Assembly (NCBI GenBank): GCA_045593265.1 | Contig: JAZNWH010000105.1 | Location: 19,216 to 83,215, forward strand | Source: Clostridia bacterium | GTDB lineage: Bacteria > Bacillota > Clostridia > RGIG6154 | Length of the DNA stretch: 64,000 nucleotides | Direction of reading: 5' to 3' | In this document: piece by piece, positions 33,784 through 41,592 of the stretch | Numbering within the stretch: position 1 is the first letter of the stretch | Layout of the letters: each line of letters starts with the position of its first letter | Notes under the pieces: generated by a model | Databases searched by the model: none | What the model was told of the DNA's origin: nothing | Seen by the model: only the letters and a program-made list of their open reading frames with translations | Program-made: the position numbers and the translations under genes

Positions 33784-34161
33784 TTATTCGCTGTCTTCAT
33801 CAACCATAAGGCTTTCAACTGTTACAATTACAGATACAACCTCAAGTCCTGTAGACTGTTCAACTGCATACTTAACCTGCTCAATCAAAGATTCACAAGA
33901 GGAAGCAAGATTAACACCGTATCTGCCTATTACATGAATTTCAAGCTTAACCTTTGATGCATTTATACTAACCTTTACACCCTTTGCTGCTGCATTCTTT
34001 TTAAGAAGCGTTGCAAGTTCGTCCGCCTTTGAACGGCTTGCAAGTCCTACAATACCTACACTGTTGGCAAGTGCTGCACATCCTGCAATTTTAGCTATAA
34101 CTTCTTCAGTTATTATTACGTCCCCATAACGGTTTATCTGTTTTGCGGGCATATTTTTCAT
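33784..34161 (-). CDS. Asp23/Gls24 family envelope stress protein (YloU)
   Basis: 125 aa. Confidence 0.8.
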   Translation of the reverse strand: MKNMPAKQINRYGDVIITEEVIAKIAGCAALANSVGIVGLASRSKADELATLLKKNAAAKGVKVSINASKVKLEIHVIGRYGVNLASSCESLIEQVKYAVEQSTGLEVVSVIVTVESLMVDEDSE

Positions 34162-34167
34162 CCTTTC

Positions 34168-35091
34168 TTATTCAAACTTTCCAAGAAATTTTATTTCAGG
34201 GTAAATCATAACCCCTTGTTTTTCAAAAACTGTCTTTTGACAATGTTTTATTAATTTATATATGTCAAGAGCTTTTGCATTTCCCTTATTTACTATAAAA
34301 CCACAATGCTTTTCGGAAACACAGGCATCACCAATTGAATACCCTTTAAGTCCACTGTCCTCAATTAATTTTGCTGCAAAATACCCTTCCGGACGCTTGA
34401 ACGCCGAGCCTGCACTCGGATAATTGAGAGGCTGTTTTTCAAGACGTCGTGATGCGAGCTCATTCATAAGAGCGCTTATTTCATCCTTATTTCCCTTTTC
34501 AAGCTTAAAGGTTGATTCGAGGACATATAACCTTTCGTCAGAAAACATACTGTGTCGGTAAGAAAGATGTGCATCCTTTCCATCAACACAAAAAACATTT
34601 CCTGCTTCATCGCAATATTCGACTTTTTCAAGAACATCCTTAAGCTCACCACCATAAGCTCCTGCGTTCATAACAACGCCACCACCGGCAAATCCCGGTA
34701 TGCCTGAAGCAAATTCAAAGCCTTTAAGGGAATTGTTTAATGCAACTCCTGCGATTTTCGCAAGACTTACACCACAACCGGCAATGATTCTGTCTCCATC
34801 GCAATATACGTGGTCGATACATTCGGTAAGAACAACCACTCCGTCAAACCCATCATCTGAAACCAATAAATTTGAACCATTTCCAACAACTGTATATTCA
34901 AGAGATGTATCTTTCAGGTACTTTATAATTTCAACAAGCTTTTCTTTGGACTGAGGCTTTACAACTACCTTTGCTTCCCCACCTGTCCGAAAGCTTGTAT
35001 GTTTTTTCATAGGTTCATTATACAGAACATTTGCATTACCGCAAATATCTCTTAATCTGTTCATTGAAACCTCCCGAAAAAATTTATTCAT
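34168..35091 (-). CDS. murB: UDP-N-acetylenolpyruvoylglucosamine reductase
   Basis: 307 aa. FAD-binding plus MurB C-terminal domain. Confidence 0.85.
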   Translation of the reverse strand: MNKFFREVSMNRLRDICGNANVLYNEPMKKHTSFRTGGEAKVVVKPQSKEKLVEIIKYLKDTSLEYTVVGNGSNLLVSDDGFDGVVVLTECIDHVYCDGDRIIAGCGVSLAKIAGVALNNSLKGFEFASGIPGFAGGGVVMNAGAYGGELKDVLEKVEYCDEAGNVFCVDGKDAHLSYRHSMFSDERLYVLESTFKLEKGNKDEISALMNELASRRLEKQPLNYPSAGSAFKRPEGYFAAKLIEDSGLKGYSIGDACVSEKHCGFIVNKGNAKALDIYKLIKHCQKTVFEKQGVMIYPEIKFLGKFE

Positions 35092-36037
35092 TTAAAAGTG
35101 CCGCTCCTATAATACCGGCATCATTTCCTGTAGTTGCAGCTACAATTCTTGTCTGAGGAACACCTGTCATATTTCCGTATATCTGAGACATTACTTTTTC
35201 TCTTAACGGTGCCAGAAGATTTTCCCCCTCATTTGCAACACCACCACCAATAACAAGGACCTCAGGCATAAAAATATTAATCATATTCGCTACACCGCAA
35301 GCAAGATAATTTATGTATGTTTCAACTACCTCGCAAGCAGCCTTATCGCCATCGTCAGCCGCTAAAAATGCTGTTCTGCCACTCCATTGGCCTTTTTCAT
35401 TATAATATTCCCACATAAGAGAATCCTTATTCTGTTCAGCTTTTTCCTTGGTCATGCGAATTAAAGCTGTTGCAGATGAATATGCCTCCCAGCATCCTAC
35501 TCTTCCACAGCTGCATGGAATACCATTTTCTTCGATAACAACATGACCAAGCTCAGCACCACAATAATTAAAACCACTGTAAAGTCTGCCGTTTATAATA
35601 ATACCGCCGCCTACACCTGTTCCCAATGTTATCATAACAGCATTTTCGGTTCCCTTTGCAGCCCCTGCAACAAATTCTGCCCAGGCAGCACAGTTTGCAT
35701 CATTATCAATATATATATCAACATTTCTGCCGAAATATTCAATCATCTTGTCTCTTATAGGCATATTATTAAAATCGAGATTGTTAGCATAAAGAACCTT
35801 ACCATTTTTTTTATCAATGGTGCCGGGAGAACCGATACCTACCGACTTTATATCATCAAATGTAATTTTCTGTTCTTCAAGTAAATTCAAAACAATTTTA
35901 CTCATTGCCTGAACAATGTATTCTCCACCTTTTTCTGCACAAGTAGGAACGCTTTTCTTTAAAATAATCTTTCCTTCTTCATCAACAATACCTGCCGCGA
36001 TATTTGTACCGCCCAGGTCTATACCAACATAATACAT
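35084..36037 (-). CDS. glcK: ROK family glucokinase
   Basis: 317 aa. YVGIDLGGTNI, with the CxCGxxGCxE zinc motif. Confidence 0.8.
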   Translation of the reverse strand: MYYVGIDLGGTNIAAGIVDEEGKIILKKSVPTCAEKGGEYIVQAMSKIVLNLLEEQKITFDDIKSVGIGSPGTIDKKNGKVLYANNLDFNNMPIRDKMIEYFGRNVDIYIDNDANCAAWAEFVAGAAKGTENAVMITLGTGVGGGIIINGRLYSGFNYCGAELGHVVIEENGIPCSCGRVGCWEAYSSATALIRMTKEKAEQNKDSLMWEYYNEKGQWSGRTAFLAADDGDKAACEVVETYINYLACGVANMINIFMPEVLVIGGGVANEGENLLAPLREKVMSQIYGNMTGVPQTRIVAATTGNDAGIIGAALLNE

Positions 36038-36055
36038 AAGTTTAAACCCTTCCTG

Positions 36056-37003
36056 TTAATTATTTTCTGTTTTCTTAGCCATACCGTCCATAAGGCGCTG
36101 ATTTAATTCCTCTGCTGCATTGTAACCCATTTTCTTCTGACGGTTATTCATTGCCGCAACTTCAATAATTACTGCCAGGTTTCTGCCCGGTCTCACAGGA
36201 ATTGTAAGAGCAGGTATTTCTATGCCCAAAATTTCAGTATATTCGTTCTGCAGTCCCAGTCTATCATACTTTTTGTGTTCGTCCCACTGTTCAAGATTTA
36301 TTACCATATCTATTTTCTCGGTATCTTTAACAGCACCCATACCAAATATTTTCTTAACATCCACGATTCCTATACCGCGAAGCTCTATAAAATGACGAAT
36401 AATTTCTGGAGCTGAGCCTACAAGGGATATTGCTGAAACCTTTTTAATTTCAACTGCATCATCAGCAACAAGACGATGACCTCTCTTAACAAGTTCGATT
36501 GCCGCCTCGCTTTTACCTACTCCACTTTCACCTAAAATAAGAACACCTTCACCATATACTTCCACAAGAACACCATGACGGGTTATTCTTTCGCCAAGCT
36601 CTACATTTAAAAAGCTTACCATACGGCTTGAAAAACGAGAAGTATTATCTTCCGTTCTTAAAACAGGAACTTTATATTTTTCCGATGCCTGTTTCATTTC
36701 TTCAAACATATCCTGATTTCTTGTAATGACTACAGCAGGTATGTCTTTAGAGAACAAGGCATCAAGACGTTTTGCACGTTCATCGCTTTCAAGTCCTTGC
36801 ATATAAGTATGCTCAACTCTGCCGAATAATTGAATTCTTGTTTTTTCAAAATAATCAAAAAAACCGCAAATCTGCAATCCCGGTCGATTAACATCAGAAT
36901 TGATAATTTTAATTTCTGCAAGCCTGTCAGCATTAGTAAGTACTTCAAGCTTGAAATTCTCAACTATTCTTTCAAGACTTACCGAAAATTCAAAATTCTC
37001 CAT
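36056..37003 (-). CDS. hprK: HPr kinase/phosphorylase
   Basis: Start at MENFEFS, preceded by an AGGAGA RBS. P-loop GESGVGKSE. Confidence 0.9.
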   Translation of the reverse strand: MENFEFSVSLERIVENFKLEVLTNADRLAEIKIINSDVNRPGLQICGFFDYFEKTRIQLFGRVEHTYMQGLESDERAKRLDALFSKDIPAVVITRNQDMFEEMKQASEKYKVPVLRTEDNTSRFSSRMVSFLNVELGERITRHGVLVEVYGEGVLILGESGVGKSEAAIELVKRGHRLVADDAVEIKKVSAISLVGSAPEIIRHFIELRGIGIVDVKKIFGMGAVKDTEKIDMVINLEQWDEHKKYDRLGLQNEYTEILGIEIPALTIPVRPGRNLAVIIEVAAMNNRQKKMGYNAAEELNQRLMDGMAKKTENN

Positions 37004-37128
37004 AGCTTTTCTCCTGTCAAAAAAATCTTCGGTATTATATACCAATATTATTTTACAACAAAAATAAGAATTTATCAAGTGTTTTTGCATATTTATAAAT
37101 CAATAACAAAAAATGCAGATATAGTAAA

Positions 37129-37770
37129 CTATATCTGCGAAAAATCTGTTATGTATTTATCTGAAACTGATTTTATTTCTTCTGTAAGGTCGTCCGATGA
37201 CTTATCATAAACACCTAATGTAAACATGCCTGCTTCCTTTGCTGTTTTAAGAGCGATAAAATTATCTTCTGCAAAAACACATCTGTCAACGGTTGTATTA
37301 AGTCTTTGAGCAGCCTTTTCGTAAATTATTGTTTCTGCTTTCGAATGTCCAAAATCATCAATAGACCAAACATTATCAAACAAATCAAATATACCTATTC
37401 TTTCAAGACAAGGGTCAAGATATATGTGTGGAGATGCTGTCAGAACATTTAAGCTGTACCCTTTATTTTTTAGCCTTTTCAAAGTTTTTGTTACATTCCT
37501 TTTTTCGGGAATCTCAAAACCATATCTTTGAGATAGTATATTATGATTATGCTCGGCTATTTTCTCAACGCTCATATTAAGTCCTAAAGATATGCAATAT
37601 TTTGCCGCTCCGCTGTTACCAAGAGGAGTTATAATTTTAACAATATCATCAGGATAATCAATTTTATGTTCATCAAGAAGCTTTGTATAAATACCTGCCC
37701 ATGTATCCATAGAATCAACCAAAGTCCCATCAAAATCAAAAATATAAGTTTTTTGTTCCATTTCGCACAC
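37129..37770 (-). CDS. HAD-superfamily hydrolase (beta-phosphoglucomutase-like subfamily)
   Basis: 213 aa. DxDGTLVDS motif I. Confidence 0.7.
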   Translation of the reverse strand: MCEMEQKTYIFDFDGTLVDSMDTWAGIYTKLLDEHKIDYPDDIVKIITPLGNSGAAKYCISLGLNMSVEKIAEHNHNILSQRYGFEIPEKRNVTKTLKRLKNKGYSLNVLTASPHIYLDPCLERIGIFDLFDNVWSIDDFGHSKAETIIYEKAAQRLNTTVDRCVFAEDNFIALKTAKEAGMFTLGVYDKSSDDLTEEIKSVSDKYITDFSQI

Positions 37771-37926
37771 ACTTTCAATTATTTTCCATTGATTATAATA
37801 GAAAACTTTCGTTTTCTGTGAAATTAAACAAATCCTTTATCATACGCTGCAGGCGTATTTCATATTGCGAAGTAATATTTCACTCCCGAAGGGTATTTCA
37901 CGAATCCTGAAAGGATTTATTTCATT

Positions 37927-37988
37927 GAAAAACGACTTGTCGAAACAAGTCGTCAGCCCGCTGACAAAGTCAAAGTCAGCGGGCTGAC
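37927..37988 (-). terminator. tandem hairpins + U-run (terminator/attenuator-like) in the leader upstream of the HAD-hprK operon
   Basis: Perfect 14-bp GC-rich inverted repeat GTCAGCCCGCTGAC-N9-GTCAGCGGGCTGAC. A second hairpin ACGACTTGT-cgaa-ACAAGTCGT and TTTTT follow directly on the minus strand. Confidence 0.4.
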
Positions 37989-38049
37989 ACCCCATAGGAT
38001 GTTTTTTCGTTGGAAGAGCCGAATGATTTAGATGCCGTATATTTTTTAG

Positions 38050-38141
38050 GCGATATACTCGCTCACGCTCGTGCGATATATTTGCTTTGCAAATTCGATA
38101 TAATCTCACTTCGTTCGATTGCGATATGATATAAAATTCCT
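38050..38141. repeat. intergenic repeat element copy A (CGATAT-rich; similar to 59550-59639)
   Basis: Small hairpin CACGctCGTG, then AAATtCGATATAAtCtCActt...TTGCGATATGAtAtAAAATTCCT. About 70-75% identical to copy B. Confidence 0.45.
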
Positions 38142-38231
38142 TTATCTCGTTGCCGAAAGGCAACATATCGCATCGAAGATATATCGCGTACGAAGTACAT
38201 ATAACAAATTACGTCAGGAATTTATATCGTT

Positions 38232-38270
38232 AAAAAAGACATTTTTCAAAAATGAAAAATGTCTTTTTTT
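38232..38270. terminator. rho-independent terminator downstream of the tRNA pair
   Basis: AAAAAAGACATTTTTCA-aaaa-TGAAAAATGTCTTTTTTT. Confidence 0.6.
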
Positions 38271-38271
38271 C

Positions 38272-38347
38272 TGGTGGGAACAATAGGGCTCGAACCTATG
38301 ACCCTCTGCTTGTAAGGCAGATGCTCTCCCAGCTGAGCTATGCTCCC
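38272..38347 (-). tRNA. tRNA-Val (anticodon TAC)
   Basis: Reverse complement is GGGAGCATAGCTCAGCTGGGAGAGC...CTTACAA...GGTTCGAGCCC...CCCACCA. Cloverleaf fits and CCA is encoded. Confidence 0.85.
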
Positions 38348-38368
38348 ATAACTGTGTCGGAATTCCAC

Positions 38369-38445
38369 TGGTAGCGGCGAGTAGACTTGAACTACCGACC
38401 GTTCGGGTATGAACCGAATGCTCTAGCCAACTGAGCTACACCGCC
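38369..38445 (-). tRNA. tRNA-Met elongator (anticodon CAT)
   Basis: Reverse complement is GGCGGTGTAGCTCAGTTGGCTAGAGC...TTCATAC...CGCCGCTACCA. Closely resembles Firmicutes elongator tRNA-Met. Confidence 0.8.
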
Positions 38446-38468
38446 ATATGAATTCCGACAGCTTTCTT

Positions 38469-38497
38469 ATTATAATATAGTTACCTTAATTTGTCAA
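38469..38497 (-). promoter_or_regulatory. sigmaA-type promoter for the tRNA-Met/tRNA-Val transcription unit
   Basis: Minus strand reads TTGACA-17 nt-TATAAT, about 20 nt upstream of the tRNA-Met 5' end. Confidence 0.55.
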
Positions 38498-38520
38498 GTG
38501 TTTTTTGAAAAATTATTTTA

Positions 38521-39036
38521 TTACTTTTCAACAGACTTCAAAAAGAGCTTTGCCTGACGCCTGTTTTTAAACTTAATTACTTTAACTCCTACAGCAGAAT
38601 CCAACATTTGCTTATAATTTTCGCTGTGTTGCTTTTTGAACTTTATGACATTCCTGTAAAGTGATAATTTCTGTTTATCAAAATGTTCAGGACAATTACC
38701 ACCCATATCAACTCTTGTTTTTCCGTAGTTTGCTATTATTCTTTTGGTTATTCCCCAAAGGCAAACAATAGTTGGAATGTCAAAATAAAAAACTGTATCG
38801 CAGTATTTTAATCTGTGAGGCAGAGTTCGGTTAAAGTTTCCATCAATAATCCATTCAGTTTTTTCTAATTCTTTTTGCAGTATAATGTCAAATTCCTCTC
38901 TATCAACATACTCCCAGTTTCCACTCCAAAATATTTTATCCAGATGCACAAGAGGTAATTTTGTTTTTTGAGCGAGTTTTCTTGCAAAAGTAGTTTTACC
39001 GCTCCCTGCATTTCCGATTATTAACACTCGTTTCAT
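38521..39036 (-). CDS. P-loop NTPase, topology-modulation/adenylate-kinase-like (FlaR/Tmp family)
   Basis: 171 aa. MKRVLIIGNAGSGKTTFARKL. Confidence 0.6.
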   Translation of the reverse strand: MKRVLIIGNAGSGKTTFARKLAQKTKLPLVHLDKIFWSGNWEYVDREEFDIILQKELEKTEWIIDGNFNRTLPHRLKYCDTVFYFDIPTIVCLWGITKRIIANYGKTRVDMGGNCPEHFDKQKLSLYRNVIKFKKQHSENYKQMLDSAVGVKVIKFKNRRQAKLFLKSVEK

Positions 39037-39136
39037 ATTTAATCCTCACCGTTGATTTTGATGAGATTATATCATAAGTGCAACAACATTTCAATGCCAT
39101 GTTTTTTTATTATAAAACAAATTTATCTATTTTATA

Positions 39137-40651
39137 TCATTTGCTGTTACGAGTAGCATTAAATAAAGCCTCATGTATATTCCAATCACGGGAAACTAAA
39201 AGTTCTTCGGCTTCATTTTCATTTATCTTCAGTATTTCGCAAATCATAGCTACAGCTCTTTTCTTCAGTTTTATGTTTGATGGATTCATATGTGTCATAT
39301 AGTTTTGCCAAGTGCATCCCATTTTAACAAAAACTGCAGTAGAAAACATATTAAGTATCATTTTCTGGGCACTTCCTGCTTTCATTCGGGTAGAGCCTTT
39401 GATGACCTCTGCACCTGTCAACGCCTCTATTGCTATATCGGATAAATCTGCCATTTCTGTATCAAGGTTGTTGACGATTGCTCCCACCTTACAACCACAC
39501 TCTTTAGCTTTTTCCATAAATGCAACTACAAATGGTGCACGTCCTGCAGCAGAAATTCCGATAATTAAATCGTTTTTTGTACAGTTTTGTTTTTCAAATG
39601 CTGCAACACCTGCCTGGCGATTGTCTTCGCAACCTTCTGAGGCATTGGTAATGGCTTTTTCTCCTCCCGCAATTACAGCAGTTATGGTTTCTCTTGAAAC
39701 ACCATATGTCGGTGGACATTCTGCCGCATCGGCTACAGCCAGACGACCACTTGTGCCTGCACCACAGTATATAATACGTCCACCATTTTTCAAAGCTTCT
39801 ACCCCTGCATCAACTAATTTTGCAACCTGTGGAATACAGCTCTTAACAATTGCAGAAACTGATGCATCCTCTCTTTGAATTATTCGTAAAATTGATTGGG
39901 TTGAACCATCTGCTATTCTGTCAGAACGAATATTTCGTGTTTCGGTACGAACATAATTATTATCCCCTTTTTTAGGTATAAAGCTGTTATAATAACGAGT
40001 GATGGCTATAGGATTTGTAATAGCCTTTCCTATGACAACAGCATCTGCTCCTATATTAAAGGCTTCTCTTATATCCTCGCTGCCCCAGATACGCCCTTCT
40101 GCCACAACCTTACAAGGAAGTTTAGCATCAACAATCTGAGATAACAATGTAAAATCAGGCACATACAATTCGTCATCGGTATGTAATGCACCGGGAATAT
40201 ATCCTGCCAATGTAGTGGATACTGCATCAACTCCCATATTTGCAGCGTTAACTGCTTCTTCAAAAGTTGAAATGTCTGCCATAACAGGAATACCAAGTTC
40301 TTCGTGAATACGACGAATTAGTTCTCTGCGTTCTTCTGCAATATCGCTGGGGTAAAAGGTTGCGTCAAGGGCAATAATGCTTGCACCTGCCTCGTATATT
40401 TTTTTAGCACCTTCAAAATCAGGTGTGATTACTGTTCTGCCTGTGGAGTCTTTACGTTTATCAATACCGATAATAGGAATTGAAACACGTTTACGCATAG
40501 CACTTATGTCCTCTACACCGTTGGCACGTATTGCTGATGCACCTCCAATAGCAGCAGACTCTGCCATAAGTGCAAGTGCCTGAGAATTGCGGAAAGGGTT
40601 TCCTTCAAGTGCCTGTGCAGACACAATTAATCCTGTTGGAAAGTCAATCAT
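39137..40651 (-). CDS. bifunctional fusion: N-acetylmannosamine-6-phosphate 2-epimerase (NanE) domain + N-acetylmuramic acid 6-phosphate etherase (MurQ, SIS) domain
   Basis: Single 504-aa ORF. Residues 1 to about 225 are NanE-like (GLIVSAQ, AIRANGV, IPIIGIDKR, SIIALDATF, VSTTLAGY). Residues 228-504 are MurQ-like (TETRN..., GGRIIYCGAGTSGRLAVADAAECPPTYGV). Confidence 0.8.
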   Translation of the reverse strand: MIDFPTGLIVSAQALEGNPFRNSQALALMAESAAIGGASAIRANGVEDISAMRKRVSIPIIGIDKRKDSTGRTVITPDFEGAKKIYEAGASIIALDATFYPSDIAEERRELIRRIHEELGIPVMADISTFEEAVNAANMGVDAVSTTLAGYIPGALHTDDELYVPDFTLLSQIVDAKLPCKVVAEGRIWGSEDIREAFNIGADAVVIGKAITNPIAITRYYNSFIPKKGDNNYVRTETRNIRSDRIADGSTQSILRIIQREDASVSAIVKSCIPQVAKLVDAGVEALKNGGRIIYCGAGTSGRLAVADAAECPPTYGVSRETITAVIAGGEKAITNASEGCEDNRQAGVAAFEKQNCTKNDLIIGISAAGRAPFVVAFMEKAKECGCKVGAIVNNLDTEMADLSDIAIEALTGAEVIKGSTRMKAGSAQKMILNMFSTAVFVKMGCTWQNYMTHMNPSNIKLKKRAVAMICEILKINENEAEELLVSRDWNIHEALFNATRNSK

Positions 40652-41580
40652 TTATCTTTCGCTCCTTTAATATATAAATCTTTTGCAATTTTAAAAGTTC
40701 CTTTAATAAGACCGTCAGAAACATAGTGTATTTTAACATTGGGCAAAATTTGACTTACTGCAGCTTCAAAATACTCTTTCCAGAATTTACAGGAATGAAT
40801 AAGACCTCCCGTAACAACAATATTTGGAATTTCTCCTGTAAGCTTTTTCGCAGTACATACAACCAATTCCGAAAGCTTTTCACCGGAATACTTAAATATA
40901 TCAAGAGCTGTTTTATCGCCCTTTTCTGCAAATTTTGCAACTATTTTCGACAGAGAGGCAATGTTTTGCCTGTCAAGAGGATAAAGATTTCCTCGTATCT
41001 GGTCTCTTTTGTCTCTGTAAACTGTTGGGTCATCAGTTGCAGAAAGGGGTCTTATGCAATTACACAGTTCCTGTGTGAGAGGAGACAATTCTTCTGTATT
41101 ATCCAGTGCACGCAAACTCATACGAATTGCCTGAAGTCCGATATCATAGCCACTTCCGTCATCTCCTATATTTATTCCCCATCCACCTGTGATTACAAAA
41201 CCATTATCCGATTTTCCAACTGCAATTGCTCCCGTTCCTGCCATAAGAACAATGGGAGCATTATATTCTTCTCCTAATGCATAGGCAGCAGTACCTTCTG
41301 ATTCACGAAAAATTTTTAGTGGTGTATCAGGGAAAAACTTTTTGAAACAAAGTTTAACCTGCTCTGTGTTTCGTCCTCCAAGATTTATGGAAACAGCTCC
41401 GATATTTTCTTTATCTGGGATTTCGTTAATCTGTTTTTCAAGAGAAGGAAGTTCCAAAGTACTATCTACAGCACTTGCAATTCCACCTGAAACAGACTCA
41501 TGTATTATATTTCCTTCTATGTCTGTTATTTTAAGTCGTGTATTGGTACCACCAATATCAGCGATAAATAGATGTTTCAT
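40648..41580 (-). CDS. murK: BadF/BadG/BcrA/BcrD-type ATPase, MurNAc/GlcNAc kinase (MurK-like)
   Basis: 310 aa. N-terminal LFIADIGGTNTR and a DGSG motif. MurQ context as in the Clostridium murK locus. Confidence 0.65.
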   Translation of the reverse strand: MKHLFIADIGGTNTRLKITDIEGNIIHESVSGGIASAVDSTLELPSLEKQINEIPDKENIGAVSINLGGRNTEQVKLCFKKFFPDTPLKIFRESEGTAAYALGEEYNAPIVLMAGTGAIAVGKSDNGFVITGGWGINIGDDGSGYDIGLQAIRMSLRALDNTEELSPLTQELCNCIRPLSATDDPTVYRDKRDQIRGNLYPLDRQNIASLSKIVAKFAEKGDKTALDIFKYSGEKLSELVVCTAKKLTGEIPNIVVTGGLIHSCKFWKEYFEAAVSQILPNVKIHYVSDGLIKGTFKIAKDLYIKGAKDK

Positions 41581-41592
41581 ATTTCTCCTTTC

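Noticed and set aside
37840-38166. 108-aa minus-strand ORF spanning the structured intergenic region
   Set aside because: It runs straight through the GC-rich palindrome, the terminator hairpins and the CGATAT repeats, has no RBS and has odd composition. It is more likely non-coding.
40726-41277. 183-aa plus-strand ORF inside murK
   Set aside because: Antisense to the BadF-type kinase. No RBS and no homology.
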